DNA of 64,000 bases from Spirochaetia bacterium (GCA_049515135.1 JBEKUJ010000001.1:41593-105592), one strand, 5' to 3'. Shown: positions 39,685-49,257, counted from the first letter of the stretch. Notes: generated from the letters alone by a model not told the origin. Translations and numbers: made by a program.

Positions 39685-40017
39685 CTAAATAAGCTGTGCG
39701 CGGATCCGGTTAGCCATATACAAAGCCTCCTGGAGGACCAGCGGTCCAGCCTTATATGCATCGTCCTCGCACAGGGAAATAAGCTTAGCCAGATCCGAGG
39801 CGCTCGTCTGGTACTCGATGAAGAAACGGTCCTTCCCCATGGCGGACAGGACCGCCGCGATGTCGCACAACAGCGCACGGGCTTCGCGGCCCTTTATGTC
39901 GGCGGGGCTCACCGGTGCGCGGCGAATCGCCCTGTGGGAGAGCTCCGAGCGGATCCGGTCACGCTCCCTGAGAACTCGCTCCAGCTCTCGTCGAATCCCT
40001 TCCAGCAAGTCAGGCAC
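39685..40017 (-). CDS. Hypothetical protein (110 aa), located 130 nt downstream of the ECF sigma-factor gene
   Basis: This is an ORF with no recognisable motif. It has no TM segment or Zn-finger, so it is not a classical anti-sigma factor. Confidence 0.35.
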   Translation of the reverse strand: MPDLLEGIRRELERVLRERDRIRSELSHRAIRRAPVSPADIKGREARALLCDIAAVLSAMGKDRFFIEYQTSASDLAKLISLCEDDAYKAGPLVLQEALYMANRIRAQLI

Positions 40018-40147
40018 TCTGCCAATTCAAAAACACAATGGATCGAACGTCAAGCGGCCCGCCTCGCAGCACACATAAGGACGGGTATAGTTCGAGTCTT
40101 CGTGGGAGAGCGAGAGCGGCCTGCCCTGGATGCCCGCCTCGGCAGGC

Positions 40148-40648
40148 TTACCCCGCCAGCCGCGCCTCACCGTGCCTGCGGAGAGAGTTCAGACGCTTGC
40201 GCACTCCGGAAATTGACAGTCCCACTTCCTGCGCGGTCTCCGACAGAGTTTTCTCCTCCAGGTAGTGTATGCGGGCGGCCTGGCGGGTGCTCTCCCGCGC
40301 ATCCAGGAAGACCTGGTCAAGCTGCCAGGCATCCACCACGCGGTTTTCCAGGTTTTCGCGCCCGGCCAGGGAATCTAGAAACGGCTCGGCGCTGACCGCG
40401 AATTTGCGCGTCCGGCTTCGAATGGCGTTCAGGCAGGTATTCGTGGCGATCCGGTACAGGAGGCTTGAAGGATAGCGTGCGTCCAGGCTCGACTTGTGGC
40501 GAAGCACCTGGACAAAGGTCTCCTGCATGGCGTCCGCTGCCATGTCCTCATCCCGCAGCATTGCCGTGCACCTTCGCAGCACCATGGGACCGTACCGGCG
40601 GTACAGGTTTTCCACATCCACTGTTTCAAGCTTTTTTGTCGCGTTCAT
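40148..40648 (-). CDS. ECF-type sigma-70 family RNA polymerase sigma factor
   Basis: The ATG at 40648 is preceded by GGAG/GAGG. Region 2 (LYRRYGPMVLRRCTAMLRDEDMAADAMQETFVQVL) and region 4 (LSETAQEVGLSISGVRKRL) are present. The protein is about 166 aa. Confidence 0.8.
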   Translation of the reverse strand: MNATKKLETVDVENLYRRYGPMVLRRCTAMLRDEDMAADAMQETFVQVLRHKSSLDARYPSSLLYRIATNTCLNAIRSRTRKFAVSAEPFLDSLAGRENLENRVVDAWQLDQVFLDARESTRQAARIHYLEEKTLSETAQEVGLSISGVRKRLNSLRRHGEARLAG

Positions 40649-40809
40649 GACTTCCTCGCTCCTGTTGCTTGCACTGTAGATCGCGGCCCCTGTTTCCCGC
40701 ATCACCAAAATGTGGGATTTCATCCGGAAAAAAGTCCGGCCGGGATGCGCCTGTCGCGAACCTGTCATGACGGCGGCCCGGATCTTTTTGCGAGCGCAAA
40801 TCCCTCTTT

Positions 40810-42540
40810 TTGGTGATGAGCAAAAACCCTTCCGCGGCCATCAATGGCCGCATGGAGAAAAAGATGAACCGATCCAACACAAAGTGGCTCGTCCTGGCAA
40901 CGGTGTGCTTTGCGCTCTTCATGATCAACCTGGACGGAAACGTGGTGAACCTGGCCATGCCCACCATCATCAGGCAGTTCAAGGCAACCCTGCCCCAGAT
41001 GGAATGGATCAGCAACGCCTATCTTCTCACGTTCGCAGTCTTCCTTATTACACTGGGCAGGATGGGCGACCAGATCGGCAGAAAAAAGATGTTCCTGGCG
41101 GGTCTTGTCGGTTTCACCGCGGGCTCCGCTCTGTGCGGCTCCGCTCAGAATGTAGGCCAGTTGATTGCCTACCGGGTCGTCCAGGGGGTCGGCGGCTCCG
41201 CCATGATGCCTGCTACTCTTTCCCTCATCACCGCCAACTTCCCTCCGGAGGAGAGGGGGCGGGCCCTCGGGTTCTGGGGCGCGGTGTCCGGCCTGGCCTT
41301 CATCATCGGTCCGACTCTTGGGGGCTGGCTGACGCAGTCGGGTCTTGGCCCCGCGATCAACGGCCTGGTCGGCATCCAGCAGTTCTGGAGATACGTCTTC
41401 TACGTCAACGTGCCTTTCGGCGCGCTTGCCTTCGTCATTGCGCTTGCGGTGGTTCCGGAGTCACGGAGCAGCGAAACGGCAAATCGACTGGATGTTGCCG
41501 GGGTGGCACTGGCATCAACGGCGGTGTTTCTGCTCACCTTCGGTTTTATTGAAGGGCCCCGGTACGGATGGTGGAAGAGCGTTCGAGGGTTCAGCCTTTT
41601 CGGCTTGAGCGTCGTACCGATGTTCCTCGTTCTGGCAGGTCTGCTGGGAGCCGCATTCTTCCTCTATGAGAAGCGCAGACGGACCGATCCCCTGGTGGAC
41701 CTCGAGCTTTTTTCAGACAGAAACTATTCCATCGGAATGGTCACGGGAGTCATCCTCAATTTCGCGCTCATGGGCGCAATCTTCCTGGTGCCGCTCTATT
41801 GCCAGTCGGTGCTTGGGATAGATCCGATCCATACGGGAACGCTCATGATTCCTTTTGCCCTGGCCCTCCTTGTGGCCTCTCCCGCCGCGGGCATCCTGTC
41901 CGACAGGATCGGGGGAAAGTACGTGCTGGTGGCAGGGCTCGCCGTGCTTGCGGCGAGCGATCTCCTCCTGGGAAGGTTTCGCGTCGACACGAGGCCCGCG
42001 GAGCTCATCCTCCCCTTCGTGGTCATGGGGATCGGGATGGGGATGTCCATGACTCCACTGACAAACCTCACCCTCTCCGGCGTATCGCAGCAAAAGACAG
42101 GGGGAGCATCAGGAGTGCTTGCCACCACGCGACAGATCGGCGCCGTCATGGGAATTGCGATCTTCAGCGTTTTTCTCCAGTCAGGCATGGCCGGGTCGAT
42201 CGGAATGCACGCCCGCGAGGTCCCCGGCCTTTCCCCTGCCGCGCAGCAGGTCCTGGTGAGATATGTAGCAGCAGGCGGGCTTTACGGTGTTCCAGACAGT
42301 AGCGAGAACGGGCTCGGGGCGCAGCTTGCCAGGGTAAGCGGCACCTCAGCGCCCGGAGGGATCGATCTTGCCCTGAAGCGAAGCTTCACGGACAGCATCA
42401 ACCAGACCTTCCTGATAGCAGCCCTGATCGGGTTAGCCGCGGTAGTGGTCAGCCTGTTCGTTGCCGGAAGACTCAGGGTGCGCGCGGACGCAAAAAAGAT
42501 CGCCAGCGAAGACGACAACCTTGAAGCAGTGGGAGAATGA
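40810..42540 (+). CDS. MFS transporter, DHA2 (EmrB/QacA-like, 14-TMS) drug:H+ antiporter family
   Basis: Motif A-like (LGRMGDQIGRKKMF) and the family motif (VVQGVGGSAMMPATLSLIT) are present with about 14 TM helices. The true start is probably the internal ATG near 40864 (MNRSNTKWLVLATV). Confidence 0.8.
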   Translation: MVMSKNPSAAINGRMEKKMNRSNTKWLVLATVCFALFMINLDGNVVNLAMPTIIRQFKATLPQMEWISNAYLLTFAVFLITLGRMGDQIGRKKMFLAGLVGFTAGSALCGSAQNVGQLIAYRVVQGVGGSAMMPATLSLITANFPPEERGRALGFWGAVSGLAFIIGPTLGGWLTQSGLGPAINGLVGIQQFWRYVFYVNVPFGALAFVIALAVVPESRSSETANRLDVAGVALASTAVFLLTFGFIEGPRYGWWKSVRGFSLFGLSVVPMFLVLAGLLGAAFFLYEKRRRTDPLVDLELFSDRNYSIGMVTGVILNFALMGAIFLVPLYCQSVLGIDPIHTGTLMIPFALALLVASPAAGILSDRIGGKYVLVAGLAVLAASDLLLGRFRVDTRPAELILPFVVMGIGMGMSMTPLTNLTLSGVSQQKTGGASGVLATTRQIGAVMGIAIFSVFLQSGMAGSIGMHAREVPGLSPAAQQVLVRYVAAGGLYGVPDSSENGLGAQLARVSGTSAPGGIDLALKRSFTDSINQTFLIAALIGLAAVVVSLFVAGRLRVRADAKKIASEDDNLEAVGE

Positions 42541-43619
42541 TGCAAACAGAGACCCGCCTTTTCTACATCGACAACCTGCGCGTGGCGCTCACCATCCTGG
42601 TGATCGCCCATCACGTCGGGCAGGCATACGGCCCCACGGGGGGCTACTGGCCGGTGCAGGAAGCCGCCCGTGCCGCCCTTCTGGGTCCGTTCTTCACGGT
42701 GAACAGGTCCTTCTTCATGAGCCTGTTCTTCATGATCTCAGGCTATTTCATGGTTGCCGCGTACGAGCACGGCGGGCCGGGCGCTTTCATCAGAAGCAGG
42801 CTTACGCGCCTGGGAGTGCCCTTCCTGGTCTACGCCGCCATCATGATCCCCCTGCGCATCTTCATGTTCGGGGAGCACATCACCCGGTGGAACGACCTGA
42901 TCAACGCACAACACCTCTGGTACATCCAGCACCTCCTGCTGTTCAGCCTGGGATATGCGGCCTGGCGCTGGATCCGGAGAAACAAGCCGGCGGCGCAGAA
43001 GGCCGGCGCCAGGCTGCCCGGCACGCTGGCCATCCTTGCTTTTGCCGTGGTGCTTGCAGCTGCTTCAGCCCTTGTCCGGCTCTGGTCTCCCATCGACAGG
43101 TGGATGAACCTGCTGGGATTCTTCCGGGTGGCATTCGCGGATGTTCCGCGGGACCTGGGCTTCTTCATCATCGGCGCCGTGGCTTTTCCCCGGGCCTGGT
43201 TCACCCGTTACCCCGCCCGCTCGGGGTACGTGTGGCTGGGAGTCGGCGTGGGTGCAGCGGCGCTGTGGTATGCGTACAGCCTGTGGCTTCACGCCCTGGT
43301 GCCCCTAGGCGCCACGGCCATGGGAATCGTCTATCCCCTGTGGGAGGCAATCCTGTGCTGCGGCATGTGCATCGGGCTGGTTGTACTGTTCAGAGAGACC
43401 CTCAATTCCCAGGGCCGGCTGGGCAGGCTCCTTGCTGCAAACCAGTACGCCGCCTACGTCTGGCATCCCATGCTCATCGTTCCGCCGCAGCTTGGCGTCC
43501 TGGGCTTGCAGTCTCCGCCGTTTGCAAAGTTCGCCGTTATCACCGCGATCGGGGTTCCGATTGTGTTCCTCTGGAGCTTTTTCACGCGCCAGGCGCGGTT
43601 CATGAGAGCCGCGCTGTGA
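42537..43619 (+). CDS. Acyltransferase family 3 (OpgC/OafA-like) integral membrane protein
   Basis: The AT3 N-terminal signature (RLFYIDNLRVALTILVIAHHV) and about 10 TM helices are present. Its start overlaps the MFS stop as ATGA. Confidence 0.7.
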   Translation: MMQTETRLFYIDNLRVALTILVIAHHVGQAYGPTGGYWPVQEAARAALLGPFFTVNRSFFMSLFFMISGYFMVAAYEHGGPGAFIRSRLTRLGVPFLVYAAIMIPLRIFMFGEHITRWNDLINAQHLWYIQHLLLFSLGYAAWRWIRRNKPAAQKAGARLPGTLAILAFAVVLAAASALVRLWSPIDRWMNLLGFFRVAFADVPRDLGFFIIGAVAFPRAWFTRYPARSGYVWLGVGVGAAALWYAYSLWLHALVPLGATAMGIVYPLWEAILCCGMCIGLVVLFRETLNSQGRLGRLLAANQYAAYVWHPMLIVPPQLGVLGLQSPPFAKFAVITAIGVPIVFLWSFFTRQARFMRAAL

Positions 43620-43657
43620 CTTGACCTGCGGGAAAGCGGGGATCAAATTCAGCAGAT

Positions 43658-44596
43658 ATGAACAAGCGCGATGCGATGATGAAGCTGCTGGACCCGTCGT
43701 ACAGCCCCGAATGGACACCGGCGGCGTTCTTTCTCCACTTCGACCCGGCCTTTCACCGCGGCCAGGCCGCAGTCAACAAACACCTGGAGTATTTCCGGTT
43801 CACCGGCATGGACATGGTCAAGATCCAGTTCGAGCTTCGCATGCCGCCCTTGGAGATCAGGCGGCCGCAGGATTGGGCAAAAGTGCCCATGCGGAACAGG
43901 GAGTTCTGGGAAGAGCCGCTTGCCGTGGTAAAGGGACTGGTAGAGGCGGCAAGCAAGGACGCCGTTGTCGTCCTCACCCTGTACTCCCCTTTCATGCTGG
44001 CGGGTCAGACCGCAGGGCCGGATGCGGTTGTCCGGCACATCCAGGAAGACCCCGAAGCGTTCAAGAAAGGCATCGGCGTGATAACAGAAGGGCTGCTGGT
44101 GCTTGTGAAGGAATGCGCCAGGCTGGGCCTGGACGGATTCTATTCATCCACTCAGGGCGGTGAAAAAGGGCGACTGCCTGATGTGAAGGCCTTCGACGAA
44201 TGCGTCCGCCCGTACGACCTGGCGGTCATGACCGAGATCAACCGTTTGTGCAACTTCAACATCCTCCACGTCTGCGATTACCACCTTCCCTATGATGAGA
44301 TCGCCCCGTTTGCGGACTATCCCGGCCATATCGTCAATACGAGCCTCACGCTGGCAGGGAGGGAGATCAGCTCCCGGGAGGTTGCGCGCGCCTTCAACCG
44401 GCCGTTCATGGGCGGCCTGGATAGAAAAGGCGTTGTGGCAACGGGCCCGATTGAAGCTATCCGCCGGGAAGTCCACAAGGTCATAGACGCGGCCCCCCAG
44501 CGGTTCATCCTTGGCGCGGACTGCACGGTGCCCTCGGACACGCCCTGGGAGAACCTGAGAGCGGCCATTCAAGCCGCTCACGAGCACAGAAGGTAA
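43658..44596 (+). CDS. Uroporphyrinogen-decarboxylase (URO-D) fold family protein (MtaA/CmuA-like methyltransferase-type)
   Basis: The 312-aa protein has a TIM-barrel-like pattern and a URO-D-family C-terminal motif (FILGADCTVPSDTPWENLRA). Confidence 0.6.
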   Translation: MNKRDAMMKLLDPSYSPEWTPAAFFLHFDPAFHRGQAAVNKHLEYFRFTGMDMVKIQFELRMPPLEIRRPQDWAKVPMRNREFWEEPLAVVKGLVEAASKDAVVVLTLYSPFMLAGQTAGPDAVVRHIQEDPEAFKKGIGVITEGLLVLVKECARLGLDGFYSSTQGGEKGRLPDVKAFDECVRPYDLAVMTEINRLCNFNILHVCDYHLPYDEIAPFADYPGHIVNTSLTLAGREISSREVARAFNRPFMGGLDRKGVVATGPIEAIRREVHKVIDAAPQRFILGADCTVPSDTPWENLRAAIQAAHEHRR

Positions 44597-44720
44597 GCGC
44601 GCGGGCTCCGGACGACAGACACGGTTGCCCTGCCCGCAGCAAGATCCGGGTTGCGCGCGGCAGACCATGGTGTGATACTTGGTCCATGCGGCACGTCGAA
44701 ACCGCAATGGAGACAGAATT

Positions 44721-45590
44721 ATGACGACCATGGAAACCCTTGAGGAAGACTACATCCGCGTGGAGAAAGCCATCCGGTTCATCGAGACCCAGGCCTTTCA
44801 ACAACCGTCTCTTTCGGAGATCGCTTCATCCGTGGGCTTGAGCGAGTTCCATTTCCAGAGACTGTTCAGCAGATGGGTCGGGATCAGTCCCAAGCGCTTT
44901 CTCCAGTTTCTCACCAAGGAGTACGCGCGAAGGCTCCTGGAGGAGTCGCGCGACGTGCTCAGCGTGACCTACGACGCAGGCCTTTCCAGCCCGGGGAGGC
45001 TGCACGAGCTGTTCGTCACCTGCGAGGCGGTGACCCCCGGGGAAGTCAAGACCCGGGGGGAGGGCCTCACCATCGAGTACGGGTTTCATCCATCCCCGTT
45101 TGGCCGCTGTCTCCTTGCGCGGACCGAACGGGGCATCTGCGGGCTGTCTTTCGTGCAGGAAGAGGCACCCGAGGCCATGCTGGTGAAGAACCTTTGCTCG
45201 CGCTGGCCTGGGGCGCGGATCGTGGACAACCCGGAGTCGACGGCTGCGCTGGTCAGACAGATTTTCGCGTTTCCCGGGGAGCATGAGCCCGCGCCGCTGC
45301 ACCTGTTTGTCCGGGGAACGAACTTTCAGATCCAGGTATGGCAGGCCCTCGTGAGGATCCCTTTCGGGAAAGCAGTCACATACCAGGACGTGGCCCGGCA
45401 CATCGGCATGCCCGACGCCAGCCGCGCCGTGGGCAACGCGGTGGGCAGCAACCCCATCCCTTTCCTCATCCCGTGTCACAGGGTGATACGCAAGCTCGGC
45501 GAGTTCGGAAACTATGGCGAGGGTCCTGAGAGGAAGAAAGCCATCCTTGGGTGGGAGGCCGCGCTTGCCCTGGGAGAAAACACGGCGTAA
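44721..45590 (+). CDS. Ada-like bifunctional protein: AraC-type HTH + methylated-DNA-[protein]-cysteine S-methyltransferase (MGMT/Ogt) domain
   Basis: An AraC HTH (PSLSEIASSVGLSEFHFQRLFSRWVGISPKRF) and the MGMT active site (VGSNPIPFLIPCHRVI) are both present. Confidence 0.8.
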   Translation: MTTMETLEEDYIRVEKAIRFIETQAFQQPSLSEIASSVGLSEFHFQRLFSRWVGISPKRFLQFLTKEYARRLLEESRDVLSVTYDAGLSSPGRLHELFVTCEAVTPGEVKTRGEGLTIEYGFHPSPFGRCLLARTERGICGLSFVQEEAPEAMLVKNLCSRWPGARIVDNPESTAALVRQIFAFPGEHEPAPLHLFVRGTNFQIQVWQALVRIPFGKAVTYQDVARHIGMPDASRAVGNAVGSNPIPFLIPCHRVIRKLGEFGNYGEGPERKKAILGWEAALALGENTA

Positions 45591-45621
45591 GGGGATGCTG
45601 ACGGCCGGACGCCCGGGCTGC

Positions 45622-47001
45622 CTACTTCACCTCCCGCCAGGCGCCCGTGGAGAGATCGATATCGACGTTGTTGTCCGCCGGCTCCAGGTCGTCCCACATT
45701 CCCTCAACAAGATCTCCCCGGGCTGAGATCACAAGACTCCCCGTGAGGCTGAGGCCCTTTCTCTTCAGCTTCTCCACGCCGGTGAACTTTTCATCTCCTT
45801 CGAAGTGAGCGGCAAATGCCTCGGAGATCTGACGGGACAGGAGCGCCGCCTCCTCCGTGGGGACCAGGTATCTCTTCAAGAGCCTGGCCGCGATGCTCCT
45901 GATCCCTTCGCGAAGATACTCCCGTGAATAGGTCTGGAAATCTCTGCCCGCGGCCGCGAATGAAGGCAGCTCCGTGATGAAGGAGGAGCGAATGGTCATC
46001 CGCTGCTCCGCGTCGATTTCCACGCTGCGGACCGGGTTGGGGTCCGTGACAAGGGAGCCGGTCTCGACGTCGTAGAGGTACCTGCCCCCCTCCCACCTCT
46101 TCAGGGTGATGTCCTGGGCGTGAAAATGGCCGGTGAAGATTGTCCGCACGTGATATGCGGCAAGGAGCGCTGAAACATTCCGCCAATCCTTCACGAGGTA
46201 GCTTCCGTAGAACTTCTCCTGGCCTTTGAAGTGCTCAAGCGCGCCGTGATGCATCATCGCAACAACCGCTATCCCCTCTCTGGCCGCTCTGGAGAGCACA
46301 CCTTCCATCCATTCGACTGTTTGCCCGGTGAGCCTGCCCCCTGTTTCTGATAAGCTCCTGCCGGGGTTGCCGCGGTAGTCGCATGCGTCAAGCGCGAGGA
46401 GCCAGAGGCCCGGAACCGGCTGGGCAACATAGCTCAGCGAATCCGGGTCACGGGACAGGGCGTCCCCGTAGCCGAAGTCCCGGTACAGCCCCGCAAACTC
46501 CTCCGGAGACACGTTGGCAACCCGCTCGGTCCCCGATGCGCCGTACCTGAACGCCCTGGGGTTGAAGATGTCATGGTTGCCCGGCACCACGTACGCCTGA
46601 ATGCCGCTGTCGCGAAGCTCCCTGAGATACTTCACGAACAGCTCGTGGTCCTGCAGCTCTCCGTCCTTGGTGAGATCACCAGGGACAAGGAGGAACTGGG
46701 GATGCATGTCCTTCACTTTGTGGACGGCCGCCTGGAGGATCTCCTCGCTTTCCACCAGGAGCTTTCGGTCCTCCGCGAGGTGCTCCGCGAACGCCTTTCC
46801 CTGGGTTTCGAGGCTCTTCTGAAAGAGGTGGGGATCGCTGAGCACGGCGAAACGGGCGGCGGGGAACTGCGCCGCAGGCAGGGAGAGGATGGCAGCGGTT
46901 TCAGAGTCCGTGACATACCGGGGCCGGATGCCGGCGCACGACGCGAGCAGCGCAACGGCTAGAAGGATTGCGCCCCTTCGTCCGAGGGTTTTCATCGTCA
47001 C
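45622..47001 (-). CDS. Calcineurin-like metallophosphoesterase, lipoprotein
   Basis: A lipobox (LLASCAG) is followed by metallophosphoesterase motifs (FAVLSDPHL, VPGDLTKDGE, VVPGNHD, MMHHG, GHFHA). Confidence 0.8.
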   Translation of the reverse strand: MTMKTLGRRGAILLAVALLASCAGIRPRYVTDSETAAILSLPAAQFPAARFAVLSDPHLFQKSLETQGKAFAEHLAEDRKLLVESEEILQAAVHKVKDMHPQFLLVPGDLTKDGELQDHELFVKYLRELRDSGIQAYVVPGNHDIFNPRAFRYGASGTERVANVSPEEFAGLYRDFGYGDALSRDPDSLSYVAQPVPGLWLLALDACDYRGNPGRSLSETGGRLTGQTVEWMEGVLSRAAREGIAVVAMMHHGALEHFKGQEKFYGSYLVKDWRNVSALLAAYHVRTIFTGHFHAQDITLKRWEGGRYLYDVETGSLVTDPNPVRSVEIDAEQRMTIRSSFITELPSFAAAGRDFQTYSREYLREGIRSIAARLLKRYLVPTEEAALLSRQISEAFAAHFEGDEKFTGVEKLKRKGLSLTGSLVISARGDLVEGMWDDLEPADNNVDIDLSTGAWREVK

Positions 47002-48170
47002 CTGTTCATGGCATGGCTTTCCGCAAGAATGCTTTCGAGGGCGCCCCTGTTCTTCTCAGGCTGGTAGAAGCAGTCCAGGATGCTTTCGTGGGGGAGGCTG
47101 TCGATCCTTTCGTTCATGATCCGAAGGGCGCGGGCGTTGACTTTGATTGCCTGCACAACCGGCATGTGCTCGGGATTGATGTCGATGCCGAAATACTCTT
47201 TGTACCCGATGGTCTTCAAAGCGTAGAGCAGCGCCTCCGTGTCCTGCCATGAGACCACCCCGACGTTGAGGTCCTGGTCGTAGTTGCCCAGGGGCTGGCT
47301 GTTCACATGAATGTGGGAAAGCCGGCTCTCCCGGGCGATGCGCAGGTACGCCTGGGGGAGCACCTCGTAGCCCATGAGGATGTGCCCGATCTCGGGCTGG
47401 AATCCCACAAGGCAATGCCCTTCGGAAAGAAGCTTGCGGTTGGCCGGGTTCCTGAGCCGGGCTTCCACGTCGCGGGCCATGAGAAGTCCGTCACCGGTTG
47501 TGCGGTAGATATTGTTCGCCACGGGCTCGTACGGCTTGGTCTCAAGGCCAATCCGCACCCCCGGGACCTCGTCCATACATTCCGCCAGCGCTCCTTCGAA
47601 CCAGTCCCACATCTGATAAAACACCGTGCCCAGCGCGTAGAGAAAGCCGTCGTTGCCCGGCCACAGCCCCATGTGGGTTGCCCCTGCTTCTCTGACCAGT
47701 TTCAGCGCCCCAATGATCGTTTCCTGCGCCCGTCCGCGCTTCGCAGCATCGGGATTGCTGAGAGTGCCGAACTCGCCGTCCTTACCGCGGAAACTGTCAG
47801 GGCCCAGACCCACGAGCCGTATCCCGGCCTCCTTCTCCAGTTTTTTGTACAGATGGAGGTTCTCTTCATTCACTTCGGAAGGATAGTGCGCTTCGATTCC
47901 CGTGACCCCGAAGCGCGCCATCTCTGCCGCGAGCTCCAACCTCTGCGGGATGCTCAGTTCAGGCACATAGCGGTCGTGAAACCTTCCCCCACCGGGGGCG
48001 AAATACCAGATTCCGACGGAGAGCCTGATGTCCAGGGAAAAACTCTTCAGGTGGGCAAGCAACTCTTGCGCAGTGCGGCGCTGTGCCTGGTAGCGAAGGT
48101 CTGCGAGTGTGTACATGTAGGGGGTAATATCACATGATCCCCCTTTCCACAACGAGAGGGAGATCCGCAC
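46998..48170 (-). CDS. Xylose-isomerase-like TIM-barrel protein (sugar phosphate isomerase/epimerase family)
   Basis: The 390-aa protein is from this TIM-barrel family. It begins with GTG at 48170; an alternative start is the ATG at about 48116 (MYTLADL). Its stop overlaps the phosphoesterase start by 4 nt. Confidence 0.65.
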   Translation of the reverse strand: MRISLSLWKGGSCDITPYMYTLADLRYQAQRRTAQELLAHLKSFSLDIRLSVGIWYFAPGGGRFHDRYVPELSIPQRLELAAEMARFGVTGIEAHYPSEVNEENLHLYKKLEKEAGIRLVGLGPDSFRGKDGEFGTLSNPDAAKRGRAQETIIGALKLVREAGATHMGLWPGNDGFLYALGTVFYQMWDWFEGALAECMDEVPGVRIGLETKPYEPVANNIYRTTGDGLLMARDVEARLRNPANRKLLSEGHCLVGFQPEIGHILMGYEVLPQAYLRIARESRLSHIHVNSQPLGNYDQDLNVGVVSWQDTEALLYALKTIGYKEYFGIDINPEHMPVVQAIKVNARALRIMNERIDSLPHESILDCFYQPEKNRGALESILAESHAMNR

Positions 48171-48190
48171 ATCGAACTTTGATAATAATC

Positions 48191-48288
48191 GCCAGCAGGA
48201 AGATACCCCGCTTGAGCACTGGAAGACTTTTTCGTTTGTCGTGTACGGAAACTTTCAGCCCTGACTTTTTTCCTATCTTCCTGCTGGC
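48191..48288. repeat. Perfect 15-bp inverted repeat pair (GCCAGCAGGAAGATA ... TATCTTCCTGCTGGC) flanking a 68-bp AT-rich spacer
   Basis: The two arms lie at about 48191-48205 and 48274-48288, in the low-GC gap between the TIM-barrel gene start and the LuxR gene stop. Confidence 0.7.
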
Positions 48289-48350
48289 ATGTTTTACTTT
48301 ATGTCGCCGATCTTATCTTGTTTGACTTAGGTTTCAATAGTCCAAAAGTC

Positions 48351-49256
48351 TCATTTTAGAGAATTTATCAGATTAATTAACTGAATTTTGTTCGTAACTC
48401 CGGTCTTCTGGTAAATGTGATAGATATGGTTCTTCACTGTTGTTGTTGAAATGAAAAGCTTCTCCCCGATCACCCTGTTTGGGAAGCCCTGAACAAGCAT
48501 CGTGATTATTTCCTGCTCACGGGGGGAGATTCCGAACTGCTTGACGATCTGCTCCGGCAGCCTGTAGGAGATGAGGATTTCCTGTTGAAAAAGGTAGTGC
48601 GTGGCATGGAAAAGGAGCAGACCGACGATGACCAGGTAAAAAAGGATCTGGACAAGGGGGAAACTGCTCAAAAACTGTGGCACAAAGTGGGTTGCCTGGC
48701 CGATCCACTGTACCACCACGACAGCAACCGTGACCTCAGCCCCCGCCGCGGCGATGCGAACCAGGGAGAGGAGGCGTGGATGTCTGATGGCGTGGGTCCG
48801 TCTTGCAATCACGACCACGGCATAGGCCAGGATTCCCGTCAGCCACGCGGAGTTCAGGAACAGGAACAACCGCTGCGGGAACATCTCCTTTGCCAATCCA
48901 AGAGCCGCCGCCGTAATCGCAAGGACAATATGGACAACCCTCCGCAAGGGAGAAACGGACAGCAAGACGACTTCGCAGGCAATCACGCAAATCATGAGGA
49001 CAAGGAGGCCGTTGCCCGGGACGGTCAGGGCGAGCGATATGGCCAGCAGGGCGGCCCCAAACACGTGCTCGACGGTCGCAAGCTCATACATTTTGAGAAT
49101 CTCGCAAAGCAGAAGCAGAAGGACGGAACCGAAAAGGAGCGCAACGTGCCGAAACGCGGAAACCCCGGACCTGGCACGCGCAAGCACGCTGAGAGTGATG
49201 ACTACCAGGCCCAGCGAGAACGAGAAGATATAAACTGCCAGAAAGACATGAAGCAC
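48351..49256 (-). CDS. Membrane-anchored LuxR-family transcriptional regulator (about 6 TM helices + C-terminal LuxR HTH)
   Basis: The C-terminus has a LuxR HTH (REQEIITMLVQGFPNRVIGEKLFISTTTVKNHIYHIYQKTG). The N-terminal ~230 aa are hydrophobic. The gene and its flanks are lower in GC than the neighbours. The start is GTG. Confidence 0.7.
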   Translation of the reverse strand: MLHVFLAVYIFSFSLGLVVITLSVLARARSGVSAFRHVALLFGSVLLLLLCEILKMYELATVEHVFGAALLAISLALTVPGNGLLVLMICVIACEVVLLSVSPLRRVVHIVLAITAAALGLAKEMFPQRLFLFLNSAWLTGILAYAVVVIARRTHAIRHPRLLSLVRIAAAGAEVTVAVVVVQWIGQATHFVPQFLSSFPLVQILFYLVIVGLLLFHATHYLFQQEILISYRLPEQIVKQFGISPREQEIITMLVQGFPNRVIGEKLFISTTTVKNHIYHIYQKTGVTNKIQLINLINSLK

Positions 49257-49257
49257 G

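Noticed and set aside
39685-40017. Considered the 110-aa ORF downstream of the ECF sigma as its anti-sigma factor
   Set aside because: It has no TM helix and no HxxxCxxC zinc motif, and it is separated from the sigma gene by 130 nt. I kept it only as a hypothetical protein.
47307-48137. 276-aa plus-strand ORF opposite the TIM-barrel gene; and 50497..51624 (375 aa) opposite nifS; and 54984..56390 (468 aa) opposite the DUF342/CcdA genes
   Set aside because: All are antisense to genes with strong family signatures. The NifS PLP-lysine and Cys loop fix its frame unambiguously.
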